DNA from: Octopus sinensis
Lineage: Eukaryota
Direction of reading: 5' to 3'
Length of the DNA stretch: 64,000 nucleotides
Assembly: GCF_006345805.1 (NCBI RefSeq)
Contig: NC_043000.1
Location: 112,530,001-112,594,000 of the forward strand
Numbering within the stretch: the stretch's first letter is position 1; every line of letters starts with the position of its first letter. Both the position numbers and the translations under genes were made by a program. The notes beneath the pieces are model-generated. The model did no database searches and was not told where the DNA came from. It saw only the letters and a list, made by a program, of their open reading frames with translations. Below are positions 33,081 through 44,630 of this stretch, in pieces.

Positions 33081-34339
33081 CAGCATTTGAAAATGGTCAA
33101 TGGCATTAAAGTTGTAGGCTTCTGCCTGACATTCTTGCTGGCACAGGTTCTCTTGTGCAGCTATATTTATTTATTGACATCTTCCACCAATTCTTACTAA
33201 ACATCCTTCAATTCAAAATAAAATTCTATTAGATGGGATACATGTATATATATATATCATTTATATATATATACATACATACACACACAGATATATATGA
33301 ATTGTCTTTTCTTTGCTAATATGGGTGGCGGCCTTAATATGGCCCAGCACGATTTTATTCCGTCGGCCCTCACTTGCTTTTGTTGAGTTCATACTGTTGC
33401 AAGCATTCGGGTCATGTCTTGGGTTTGAGGATATTTTTCTATCACCCGGCTCGACGATCAGAAGAAAGATATGAGTGTTGATTTTCTCCCCCTAATGACT
33501 ATTCCCATTCTCGTTATCTCATGCGACGTTTGAAGACTTTTTTGTTTTTTATTACCTTAATTAACATTTACTTCGAACAAGCAGCATTGCTAGATAACGC
33601 CTGGTTTTGTCCAGGCGCATATCAACATTTAACTAAACACATGCCAAGTCTTGAGAAGGTATTGGCTAAACCTTGGCAAGGCATACACCAATACTTGACT
33701 AAGCACAAAACCAATTTCTGACTAATTATAAGCTAACCTTTTAATTAACCATAATCTAATCATTGACAAAATACTAACCCGTTTATTCCGAGATGCAGGG
33801 CCAACGTTTTTTTCACTAACACAAATTCAAATATAGCAGAAAGAAATTATCGACTGAATTTACTCCAGCTGATTTCTGATATTTTAAAAATCGATTCCAA
33901 AAGTATAAAAGTAATGAGGCGGCGATTTGAAATCAAATTATCGTTGAGGCAGTGTACCCACCTTACTGCTGCACCCTCGGCCATTTACACAGAATGTTGC
34001 GATGAATTGCAGCTCGGCCGACCGAATCTTTCAAAATTCTTACCCATCATTATAATGTTACGTTCCAATCTATAGGGATTCCCTATTTTCTTTTGCTCCC
34101 CACGCATTTGCTTCCGAGTTCTTGTATTTTAATACACCTCTTGTAGAAAGTGCAATGCGTGGGAATATAACATCACGAGGTAGTTTAGGGTGAAGCTGGT
34201 TAGTTAGGGAATAAGATGGCTGGTTGATGGTAAAGATGGGTAGTTTGTGGTCAGACGGGGACTTATTATAGCACTATTTAAACTTAGAGGTCCCTAAAAA
34301 CTAATCCTAACCAAGAGGTCCCTAAAACTAACCTAACTC

Positions 34340-34688
34340 CGTCGGTTACGGATCCAATCAACGGAACAGCGTGCTTGTGAAATTAACGTGCAAGTGGCTG
34401 AGCACTCCACAGACACATGTACCCTTAATGTAGTTCTCGGGGAGATTCAGCGTGACACAGAGTGTGACAAGGCTGGCCCCTTTGAAATACAGGTACAACA
34501 GAAACAGGAAAGAAGGGTAAGAGTAATTCGTGGTGAAAGAGTATAGCAGGGTTCGCCCCCACCCTGCTAGAGCTTCGTGGAACTTTAGGTATTTTCGCTC
34601 AATAAACACTCAACGCCTGGTCTGGGAATCGAAACTGCGATCCTATGACCGCGAGTCCGCTGCCCTAACCATTGGGCCATTGCGTCTC
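34340..34688 (-). mobile_element. tRNA-derived SINE, family D
   Basis: Reverse complement of gcaatggcccaatggttagggcagcggactcgcggtc...gtttcgattcc, plus a body with cagccacttgcacg. Confidence 0.85.
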
Positions 34689-34792
34689 CTAACAAACCCT
34701 AAAAACTAACCGTAACCCTACGGGAGCTCTGTATTTAAGTAGTGCCCTTAGTATTTCACTGTTTCAATAGAAACTGAATTCGTATCATCAAA

Positions 34793-34927
34793 AGTGGTAT
34801 TACCTCCACATTGGAGGTAGTGTTACCTTTGCAGTGGAAGTAGCGTTACCTTTATATTGGAGGTAGTGTTCTCTCTAGATTGGAGATAACGATACCTCTG
34901 TGTTTGAGGTAGCGATTCGTTTGTATT
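34793..34927. repeat. Degenerate 23-bp minisatellite (~6 units) with internal dyad gaggta..tacct
   Basis: Units ggaggtagtgttacctttgcagt, ggaagtagcgttacctttatatt, ggaggtagtgttctctctagatt and others. Confidence 0.75.
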
Positions 34928-35299
34928 AGTAAAAGGTCCCTGTTAGTCCCTAAATATTTCATATGAACAGCATCCTTTTAAATCTATCTCTTAGAAGCTG
35001 AATGTCCAATATTATTGCCCTGCTTTCCCATCGAAAGCGTAAGAAATAAAATAAAAAAAACAAAGCAAAAATCAAATCATTCAACTAAGAAGCCTCTACG
35101 CGTTCGTTTGCCCTGCTAGAAATAACAGCTAAATCACTTTGCACGCTTTAGAGAATCAAAGCACCAGAACAAATTCAAGTATTTCGAAACCCTTTTCTCC
35201 ACCCCAACAAAATCCCAAGACACAAAAATAGAACATTTAATAATATTCAGGTATAAAAAAAGTGAAAATAAATTGTCCTAAAAATAACCCTTTCTGTTA

Positions 35300-35505
35300 T
35301 AGGCACAAGGCCTGAAATTTGTAGGGAGGGGACTAATCGATTATAACGACCCCAGTGTTTCTCTGGTACTTAATTTATCGACCCCGAAAGGATGAAAGGC
35401 AAAGTCGACCTCGACAGAATTTGAACTCTGAAAGCAGCGACGGGCGAAGTGCCGCTAAGCATTTCGTCCAGTGTGCTAGCGGTTCTCCCAACTCGCCACA
35501 TTGTC
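35300..35505 (-). mobile_element. SINE, family A
   Basis: ggtacttaatttatcgaccccgaaaggatgaaaggcaaagtcgacctcg...gaactc. Confidence 0.85.
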
Positions 35506-35741
35506 GCAATTTGCTTTCATTATTTTGGGGACAGAGACCGGAAGTGATGAATGTGACATTTCATAATTCTATGTGAAGAATGTGACGTCATCAATGTATG
35601 GAACGTACATAGATTTAATCATACCTGGGCACCAAAACATTAATCCGACACTTTTTAAAGGTGACTTTAGGTGGTTTTAGAGCAAAAACTGATTTTTTTT
35701 TCTATAATAAAAACTAACGTTAACGGTTTATTGCTAACTTC

Positions 35742-36143
35742 AGGGCGGCAGAGTCGTTAGCACGCCGGGCGAAAGGCTTAGCGGTATTCCATCTGCCATT
35801 ACGTTCTGAGTTCAAATTCCGCCGAGGTCGACTTTGCCTTTCATCCTTTCGGGGTTGATTAAATAAGTACCAGTTACGCACTGGGGTCGATATAATCGAC
35901 TTAATCCGTTTGTCTGTTCCATCTGTGTTTAGCCCCTTGTGGGTAGTAAAGAAATAGGTATTTCGTTTGCCGTTACGTTCTGAGTTCAAATTCCGCCGAA
36001 GTCGACTTTGCCTTTCATCTTTTCGGGGTCGATTAAATAAGTACCAGTTACGCACTAGGGTCGATATAATCGACTCAATCCGTTTGTTTGTCCTTGTTTG
36101 TCCTCTCTATGTTTGGCCCCTTGTGGGTAGTAAAGAAATAGGT
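35742..36143 (+). mobile_element. SINE, family A, tandem dimer
   Basis: Full unit to ~35960, then a second unit restarting at ggtatttcgt...gttctgagttcaaattcc. Confidence 0.9.
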
Positions 36144-36293
36144 TTATTGATAACTTCCGTTGCATTTTTAAAGAATTGATTAATATTTATCGATGTTAAT
36201 TTTTTGGTTAACGGATTAAAGGTTAATGAAGTTAACATTTTGATTAACGGTGCTCACCTTTTTATTTAATATAATATGAAAATTATAAATATA

Positions 36294-36633
36294 AATTTCG
36301 TTTTTGGATTTGGTTTGCAAGATTCTTTATGCGAGTTCGTGTGTTGAAGCATATTCTGTTGTGTCTCAGGAGAGTCATTTTTTTTGTGCCTTATAATGCA
36401 ACACACTCACCAGTAAAATTTCCACTTTTTTCTTATTTTTATTTTCCTAAAATTTTCGTTGCGTCTTCCAACCTTTTCAATAGTTTTGTCTCCTACCATA
36501 GCCTTGGGCCGACCATTGAAAAGGTTGCAAATGCAACGAAAATTTTAGGAAAATAGAAATAAGAAATAAGTGGAAATTTTACCGGTGAGTGTGTTATATT
36601 ATAAGGCACAAAAAAAAAAGACTCTCCCCAGAC
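36294..36633. mobile_element. Family-3 inverted-arm element
   Basis: Minus arm ~36295-36488, plus arm ~36515-36633. Possible 9-bp TSD ataaatata (36285-36293 and 36634-36642). Confidence 0.8.
36447..36548. ncRNA. Two candidate U3-A8 variant hammerheads (36447-36483 minus; 36513-36548 plus), family 3
   Basis: CUA-UUGAAAA-G-GUUG...CAAC-GAAA-AUU-U|UAG on the minus copy; the plus copy has a mismatched 5' helix I strand. The same motif is at 8849-8885 and 21042-21078 (minus). Helix I is only 3 bp. Confidence 0.35.
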
Positions 36634-36747
36634 ATAAATATATATCTAAGCTGAAAACAATCTCACATCTCTGCGGTGTTCTTTGAACGGTGTACCACAG
36701 TCGTTACTTCTGAAATGCTGAACACATCACTAGACTGTATGATCCAA

Positions 36748-36982
36748 AAGCGGCGAGCTGGCAGAATCGTTAGCATGCCGGGCGAAATGCTTAGCGGTAT
36801 TTCGTCTGCCGCTACGTTCTGAGTTCAAATTCCGCCGAGGTCGACTTTGCCTTTCATCATTTCGGGGTCGATTAAATAAGTACCAGTTACGCGCTGGGAT
36901 CAATGTAATCGACTTAATCCGTTTGTCTGTCCTTGTTTGCCCCCTCTGTGTTTAGCCCCTTTGTGGGCAATAAAGAAATAAG
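36748..36982 (+). mobile_element. SINE, family A, full length
   Basis: gcggcgagctggcagaatcgttagc...gttctgagttcaaattccgccgaggtcgactttgcctttcatc...taaagaaataag. Confidence 0.9.
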
Positions 36983-37194
36983 AATGTATGATCCCTGTCG
37001 GTGCCTGTGGAAGAAACATAATGGGAGACATCTTTATGTTCATTTTTGAAATTTCGGGTGACACTGTCGTCACTTCCGGTTTCTATGGAAATTTTCATTA
37101 TTTTTAGGGCAATTTACTTTCACTTTTTTATGGCCCTCAACTGCATGTTAACCTGTTATAATTTCCTTTTTCTAATCATCAACGTTTTTTTTTA

Positions 37195-37558
37195 CTTGTT
37201 TCAGTCATTAGACTGTGGCCATGCTGGAGTACCGCCTCGAAGGATTTTTAGTCGAATGAATCGAACATAGTACTTCGTTTCTTAAAGCCTGGTATTTAAT
37301 CTGTTTTTTGTCGAACCGCTAAGTTATGGGGATGTAAATACACCAACACCGGTTGTCAAGCAGTTAGGTGGAGGACAAATACAAAGATACACACACGATG
37401 GGTTTCTTTCAGTTTCCGTCTACCAAATTCACTCACAAGGCTTTGATTGGCCCAAGGCTACAGTAGGAGACAATTGCCCAACGTGCCAAGCAGTGGGACT
37501 GAACTCGGAACCGTGTGGTTGGGAAGCAAGCTTCTTACCACACAGCCACGCCTGCGCC
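37195..37558 (-). mobile_element. SINE, family B
   Basis: Full reverse-complement copy ending cacagccacgcctgcgcc. Confidence 0.85.
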
Positions 37559-39010
37559 TATGATTTATTTAGTGAAAGAGAAATAATTTGAAGTTGTGAC
37601 TTTCATACCTTTCCAAGGCTATTAACGTCCTAATTTGTGTAAAAGGGTTACGTGTAGGAAGAGAAACCGTTTATCCAATGTAAACCTGACATATCTAATC
37701 TCGGTTCAAATCTAACCGCGCTCACCTTAGCTTTTCACCTTTTGGGGCGTCGATGACCTAAAGTACCCGTCGAAGTGTTTGGGTGGGGGAGAAGTGATGA
37801 TCAACTAAAACCGCTCCCCTCAAATTCGCGGACCTTGTGTCTAAATCAGAAACAGTGCAGGATAGTGTTTGGGTGGGAATATCATTAGCGCATCATCGGG
37901 TACCATGTCGTATTTGTTCATTACGTACCGAGTTCAAATCCCGCCGAGGTCAGTTGTGTCTTTCATCCTTTCAGGGCTTTTATCTTTTACTTGATTGTCA
38001 CTGGACTGCGGCCATGCTGGGGCAATGCCTTGAAGTGTTTAGTCGAGTAAGTCGACCCTAGTACTTGATTTTTTTCTTCTAAAGTCTAGGACGTATTCTA
38101 CCGGCATCTTTTGTGGAAGCGCTGTGTTGAGGGTGAAATAGACATACACACACAAAGACCTTGAGCAAGTGTCTTGTATAGTAGAAAACACTTACTCAAG
38201 GTGCGCTGCGCAATGAGACTGATCCTGAAACCTCCCGGTTGCAAAGCAAGCTTCTTAACCACGCTGCCTGCACTAAAGCGATAAGTTTACAGCCCCAAGA
38301 GGTCACTGAGTACGAACTCTTCTCGACGTCGCTCATGTTCAGTGATCGGACGAGAACCAGTGTTTCCAACATAATATGGCCATCAACCCAGTCATGTACT
38401 GAAGTCGGTTTAGGAAAACATTCCTCTTACACAGTTGGCTGTGTAAGTAGAGTGTGTGCAATTAGACCCCTCTGTGTTTCGAGGTCAATACCAGCTGGGG
38501 TCGACTTTTTCGTTAATCCTTGCAATTTCTCTAAAACTGGCCGATTTATAGAAATGGAAGAATGTAAAGGGGCCAACACAATTCATGATCCTTGGTTTTT
38601 CTCTTCTCTTTCCATAAGAACACTCAATCTCAACAATAATTAGGCGATTGCTCTCGACATTGGTCCAAACCTTCCTTCCTTCCTTCCTTCCACCTTTTAC
38701 CAACATAGCTAGAAATAACAGCTCATCAAGGAAACTCTGTACCAGGAGTCGCCAAGCTTTTTCGACCATCGGCCCTCTTTAGCCACTTCTTCAACATCGA
38801 CCCCCTTTAGCCACTTCTTCCGCACCGACCACCCTTCTCATTTAAAATACCCTAATACCCAACCCTCCCATACCATATTTTAAATATGTACCAGGTACTG
38901 ATGCTGGCAATTAAAATGTTAGCTAAAATATAAATGTACGACAAACTAAGAAATTCTATTGAAGATGACTCACTTTTTACATTTAAAATTACGTATACGA
39001 ATATAGAGTA

Positions 39011-39451
39011 CTAGCAGCATAGCCCGGCATTGCCCGGGTATGTAAGAGCCCCTAGTAGGCAACGGCTAATCCCAATCTAGTCCTTTCCCTCTAGGGAACG
39101 AAGGCGCATGTGTAGGTTGCAATGTCTTCTCTTCACTCGAATACTTCTGTGTATACGATGTTCCTAGCTGTCCCTTTGGGCGATAAAAAGGTCGAGTTTG
39201 TGTCCCCTAGACAGAAAATGTGTTGCATATAAAAAGCTTAGATTCCTGACCCCATGTCGAATTTATCGATTTTTTTCAGAACTGGGGGAACTTTTCAAAA
39301 TTTTCGCTGCGTTAGTTTTGAATTATGACATTGGGCTATGTGTGTGTCAAGTTTCATCAGAATCGGTTGAAAGCCGTGGTCAGGGTGAGGGTACAACCTG
39401 ACAGACACACAGACACACAGACAGACAAACTGCCGTTTATATATAGAGAGA
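39011..39451 (-). mobile_element. Non-autonomous Helitron
   Basis: The minus strand starts A|TC and ends with a cccgg...ccggg hairpin followed by ctatgctgCTAG|T. Insertion between A and T, no TSD. Confidence 0.75.
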
Positions 39452-39559
39452 TTAAGCTTTCGAGTTTTATGAAACTGTTTTCACGGTTAGAAAATGTGAA
39501 AAACAAATCATATTACTGGAATATCTTTTATTAAAATTGGCAACATCAATGTGAAGAAT

Positions 39560-39830
39560 GAGCATGGTGATCCTGAACCCAGGCATTGGTATCTGGCTGA
39601 ATGTTGGTCAGTTTCAGTCTCAAATCACGTCGTTCCTCCAGGTTCGGGCAATTTCTATAAGCAAACACTTGACAGTCCGCATCCCCTCATTCTTCGATTA
39701 CGATATCAGGCTTCGAACGTTAGTAACAGCAGACCTCTCGCTGCAGTGGAAATTTTTTTCCCACGTTTCATGGCTCTGACTAAATATTCCAAGAAATCCA
39801 TCTGGGTGAGCTGGTCTTTCGCACGCCGAC
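39560..39830 (-). mobile_element. Possible RLE-type non-LTR relic (HERO/NeSL-like)
   Basis: Frameshifted LVRA...GLL, KPDIVIE, LLIEIA..W resembling PD-(D/E)xK endonuclease ends; weak. Confidence 0.3.
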
Positions 39831-40699
39831 ACCCATTCGACCACTTGGCTATCATCCACCCCCTGTCATTGCTCACCGATCCCTAGGGGGTCCCTTGGAC
39901 ATCCTTTGGTGACCCCTGCTCTATACGGTCTCTCAACACGTAATAGCAGCCAAATCTCTCAAACTAAACCTTACAAAAATCAGAGAACACCTTAGACAGT
40001 GTAGTCATAGACACCCTCTTTAACAGTTGGCATGGTCATGGTTACAACTCTTTGATCATAGGCCCACCCGATTAAGGCTGAACCGGTCGAGCTTAAACAA
40101 GGATGACAGCAACAGCCCCTGTCATTTTCTCTTCAACCATACCCGACCATCTTATAAAGAGGTACTTGGATAATCTAGTCCGGAGTATAAAATGAAAGAT
40201 GGTGTGACCACGGCTTGATTGTTGTTGATTACAGGTTTTGTCGTTAGTGCTGACCTGGGGCTCAACAACAACAACATACTGCTTCGGTTTAACACTATCC
40301 ACATACCCCTTAAACACCCTTAAAGGGTGTTTGCACGACCTCTCGACGCATCATCATCCTTTATCCTTCCATGACACCATTAAAACTACAGAGAAACCCG
40401 CTGCTTATTCTCCTTTTTCTGTAAGGCTTCATATGACCCTTACACGCCACACACACAGAGCCCTCCCTCTCCCTATTCCTTTCTAAGGCACATATTTCTC
40501 AACCCCCACCCGTTGTCCATCTCTAGTGTCCATAACTCTTTACACTCATTACTCAGACTGACCTCGAAAACTGGTGAAGACACCAACCTAGATTCTACGT
40601 TCCCTTCCATTCAGCAGCGCCACCTCTGCATCAGCAACAACAGTCTTTCATTTATACTGATTTAAAGTCTCCCTCACTCCGTCGTCGTCATTGTCATCA

Positions 40700-40905
40700 T
40701 CATCATCGTTGCCGTCGCCGCCGCCACCACCATCATCCTTCGATGTCCATGTTCCATGCTGGAATGAGTTGGATGGTTTGCCACGATCTGATGGACCTAC
40801 GCTCCAGTTTTTGCTTTGGTATGGTTTCTACGGCTGGATGCCCTTCCTAACGTCAACAACCACTTTACAGCGAGTACTGGGTGCTTTTTTTTTAACGTGC
40901 CACCA
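40700..40905 (-). mobile_element. RTE 3'UTR fragment with (GAT)n tail
   Basis: catcatc...ccatgctgga...ggctggatgcccttcctaacg...gggtgcttttt. Confidence 0.75.
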
Positions 40906-40939
40906 GCTCTAATGAGGTCGCCATGCAGCTCGCAAGACT

Positions 40940-41290
40940 CACCACTCCACCACCCAAACGCATTTCTTTCCTCCTTTGCTCTTGGAATTCTTCCAATCGC
41001 CAAAAACCTTTCGATCACATCTCCTTCTGATCGAGGATATGGGCGTCACTTCATCTCCCTCCTGTCGCATCATCGTCGATCACAACAACCTTGTCAACTC
41101 CTCTTGAATTCCACACTCACCTTATACCAATACTGCTGGTGCAGAAGTGGAATATTTTTTACCATTTTCAACCCTCTGCCATCATTTTGCTTCACCCTTG
41201 GCCGATACATGAATACCCTAAACACGCGGTCTCTTTCTCACCCTATACCAGACCATAACAGTTGCTGCACCTTATAAAGGGTCATCCGAT
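40940..41290 (-). mobile_element. Degraded RTE-like APE endonuclease relic
   Basis: Stop-riddled G.SKMM..G.KW.KIF...GVDKVV pattern. Confidence 0.35.
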
Positions 41291-41859
41291 CCCTTATTTT
41301 CTTGAGCTTTAGGGCTCATAACGGTGGTTACTCGGTTTCTCTGATGTAGAAGTGACAGAGATCACAACACCCTTCTCCCTAAATAGGACGCCGATTCGTC
41401 GCAGGACTCAAGGCCTGTAATTTTGAGAGTCGAGAGAAAAATCGATTACATCAATCTGATTACTTGACTGGTGCTTTATTTTATCGCTCCTGAAAAGTAA
41501 AGTTGACTGCGGCGGGATTTGAACTCACATCGCAACTTGTCGGAAGAAATGCAGCTATGCAATTTGTCCGACCTGCTAACGATTCTGCCAGCCCGCTGCC
41601 GTCTTCGTCCGACCACTGCCTTATCATAACTATTCAACACAACGGTCCCCACCTACCACTCAAAGCCCTATGGCAATTAAAATTAGCTGATTGTTCGATG
41701 CACCGGAATTTTTATGCTCTTTCTGGTACTACATATACTTCATTTTTGACTTACCAGAAACAAGTCTATGTTTGAAACTTTTTCTCTTAGACAAGTCTCT
41801 TCACATCCCCCACACAACAAAACCTTAATTATTCACTTCCTCCAAGATGTCTGTTCACA

Positions 41860-42195
41860 GTTTTACAATCTTTCCAAAAGTAGGGCCTCATTATCACCGA
41901 GGGTTTCTCCAGGCGAGCACACATCCTTAGAACCATCCTGAAAGAATGGCTCTTCTTTTCAAAGTTTGAATATTCTTCAACTCTTTAACAATTACTGACC
42001 TTCTACGAAACGCAGCCAGAGTCCATTATACAGTTACAGCACCGCTCGATATTAAGGGCAGCGCTGTTACTGCACACAGAGACATCCTTGACGACATCCA
42101 CTCCAAAAGGGTCACCCGACTGATTGATATAAAATCCCTCGCTCACAGGCTTCAGTCCCTGACCCACAGACATACTGACGTCTCCATATTATTTT
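41860..42195 (+). mobile_element. L2/Crack-group LINE C-terminal relic
   Basis: LDDIHSKRVTRLIDIKSLAHRLQSLTHRHTDVSILF resembles LD.IQ.RA.RLI....L...LQSL.HRR.V. Confidence 0.55.
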
Positions 42196-42197
42196 CT

Positions 42198-42358
42198 ACT
42201 GCCGCTACGTTCTGAGTTCAAATTTCATCGAGGTCGACTTTGCCTTTCATTCTTTTGGGGTCGATAAGTTAAGTACCAGTTGAGTGCTGGGGTCGATGTA
42301 ATCGACTTACCACCCCCACCCTAAATTTCAGGCCTTGTGCTATGGGTAGAAAGGATTA
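42198..42358 (+). mobile_element. SINE, family A, 5'-truncated
   Basis: ctgccgctacgttctgagttcaaatt...aagtaccagttgagtgctggggtcgatgtaatcgac. Confidence 0.85.
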
Positions 42359-42654
42359 TTTCGTACTGCTACTACAACGGCCTTTGTTCTGCAGAGATGG
42401 CGAGTTTTGTATCCCATCCCACTCGTCTCTCTTCCCATCATCATTTTGTGCTCACCCCACCCCCTATATCCCTCCTCTCCCTAATCAATTCACCCGTTTT
42501 TTTCCCCTTTTTTCGTCACCAGAATGTTTGGTTCTCTGCAATTCCTGCAGTCATCTGGCAGGTTTGAGAGGATCAGTGAGGCGATGAGGAATGTTCCTTC
42601 TGATAGACATAAATAAAAAGAAACAAAAAAACAAACAAACAAAAAAGCTACATG

Positions 42655-43010
42655 AGGTATGGGTGTGTGGTGAAGGAGTTCGCTTTGTAACATCGTGGTT
42701 TTAGGTTCAGTCTCACTGTGCAGCACCTTGGGTGAGTGTCTGCTACTATAGCCCCTGGACTAATCAATGGCTTGTGAGTGAATTCGGTAGACGGAAACTG
42801 TGTGGAAACCTGTTACATGCGTGTGTGTGTGTGACCCCTTCTTCGCTTGACGACCAGTGCTGGTTTGTTTGCATTCCCATAGCATAGCGGTTCAGCAAAA
42901 GCGACCGGTAAGTATCAGACTAACAGACCAAAAAAACATGTTCTGAGGTCGATTTGTTCGACTAAAAGCTTTCAATACGGTGCCCCAGCATGGCCACATT
43001 TCATTAACTC
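42655..43010 (+). mobile_element. SINE, family B
   Basis: caccttgggtgagtgtc...gtagacggaaactg...cccagcatggcc. Confidence 0.8.
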
Positions 43011-43285
43011 CATAACATTTTTTGTGCGTTGTAAACTCGCTTTGAATCAGATGACGAAAATACACGCAACCCTGTCTGCTGCGGTTTTGTACCCGTTTGT
43101 GTACCGGTTGATATAAATATCCGCCTTCACTCACGGAATCGATAATAGAAGCCACTGCACAAATTTCAAGGAATCTGAGAGGTTTCTTAGATTTTTCATG
43201 TAAATATTTCCAAATCAGTTCGAGACTTCATCACCATAATACAGAGTGCCCACCAAAAAAAAAAAAAAAAAAGCCAGGAAATTTT

Positions 43286-43660
43286 GCTGTTCTATATTTA
43301 AGAGATGAGGAATTATGTACATTATTTAAATTTGATGGATATTTGTCCTCATCTTGTATGTTGTTAATACAACGTTTCGGCTGATATACTCTCTAGCCTT
43401 CATCAGGTGTCTTGGGGAAATTTCGAACCTGGGTTCTCATTCCTACGGTATTTTTCAATGTTATTATTGTTCAGGTCGCTGCCTGGAATTGAACTCAGAA
43501 TCTGAATAATAATAATAACAACAACAACATCGAAAAATACCTTAGGAATGAGAACCCAGGTTTGAAATTTCCCTAAGAAGGCTGGAGGGTATATCAGCCG
43601 AAACGTTGTGTTAGCAACAAACAAGATGAGGACAAATATCCGTCAAATGTAAATAATGTA
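43286..43660. mobile_element. Family-1 inverted-arm element with 11-bp TSD
   Basis: Arms ~43288-43503 (-) and ~43504-43660 (+) diverge from a central junction. Flanks caggaaatttt (43275-43285) and caggaaacttt (43661-43671). Confidence 0.85.
43366..43411 (-). ncRNA. Candidate minimal type I hammerhead ribozyme (family 1)
   Basis: GACAC-CUGAUGA-A-GGCU(loop)AGCC-GAAA-CGU-U|GUAUU. Complete core, palindromic helix III ACGU, helix I with one mismatch (the sister arm has GUGUU, giving 5 bp). Confidence 0.65.
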
Positions 43661-43779
43661 CAGGAAACTTTAGATTTACATTATGTATTTTACACATGTA
43701 TTTTTACCATATATTTTACCGTATTTTACTTTATTAATTAACTAAAAAAATTAACTAACATAACAATGGATTCTACCAT

Positions 43780-44035
43780 GTAGGGTTTACCGTTACATCA
43801 ACTTCAATTCCAGAGGAGAAAGGACAGACATACAATCCTTAAAAACTGTGTTGGTGGAAGCTCAGACCAATATCTGCTTGCAGTCATCCAAAGGGCGACT
43901 GGAAGTTAGAACTTGACTATCTACGTCGTTGTGCAGCTGACCACGGAAAGCAGTTTGAGCACAACATCTAACATTCATGTTTTCGTTCTGTTTTAACAAT
44001 GTTTCTTTTAACAACTGTTTTTTCATAAACTGTAC
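43780..44035 (+). mobile_element. Tc1/mariner transposase C-terminal relic
   Basis: ...LKTVLVEA... and LDYLRRCAADHGKQFEHNI* resemble the C..G.HFEH end of DDD transposases. Confidence 0.45.
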
Positions 44036-44587
44036 TAAATTTCCTGTTTTTTAAAAGCAGCGGTTTTGCTGGTCACACCACCATTTCCACTACGACTTCC
44101 TATCAAATTCGTACAAGTTATTTAATGGACTCAATGTTGCTACAAAACGAAAAAAGAATGTAACTAATATGTATTTCTGGCTGGCAGCTTGATTTTGGAA
44201 ACCAACCAATGAAAAACCAAGAAAGAGAAAAACTATTGCTTACAGGATTGTCTACGGCTGCTCCTTCACGGAATTAACAGTCGCATCCAGCCACGCCAGT
44301 CCCGTTGAATTTACAGTTTTTCTCAGTGATTACAATTTACATAAGCAGCGCATACTTTAAAGGGGTTAACGTAAATATACACCGAACCGATGTCGTGCGC
44401 TAATTTGCTGATCCCGGCCGAGATGATTACCGTCAGCGCAACTTAGTTACCCGATAAAACATAAAACCGTTGTCATGGGGTTAATCGAAACAAGATAAAA
44501 AAAATCAATCATTTTTCTCCAACTTCCTCCTCCTCCTCCACTTCTTCCTTCCTCCCTTGCTGTCCAGTCTACAATCTATAGTTCAGT

Positions 44588-44630
<43 letters not shown>

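Noticed and set aside
30783-33090. Short antisense and alternate-frame ORFs overlapping the lectin gene (and likewise the RTE)
   Set aside because: They are shadows of the long + strand ORFs with no independent protein signal.
34793-34927. Regularly spaced partly palindromic repeats, superficially CRISPR-like
   Set aside because: Units are contiguous with no unique spacers, there are no cas genes, and the context is an intron-containing animal genome.
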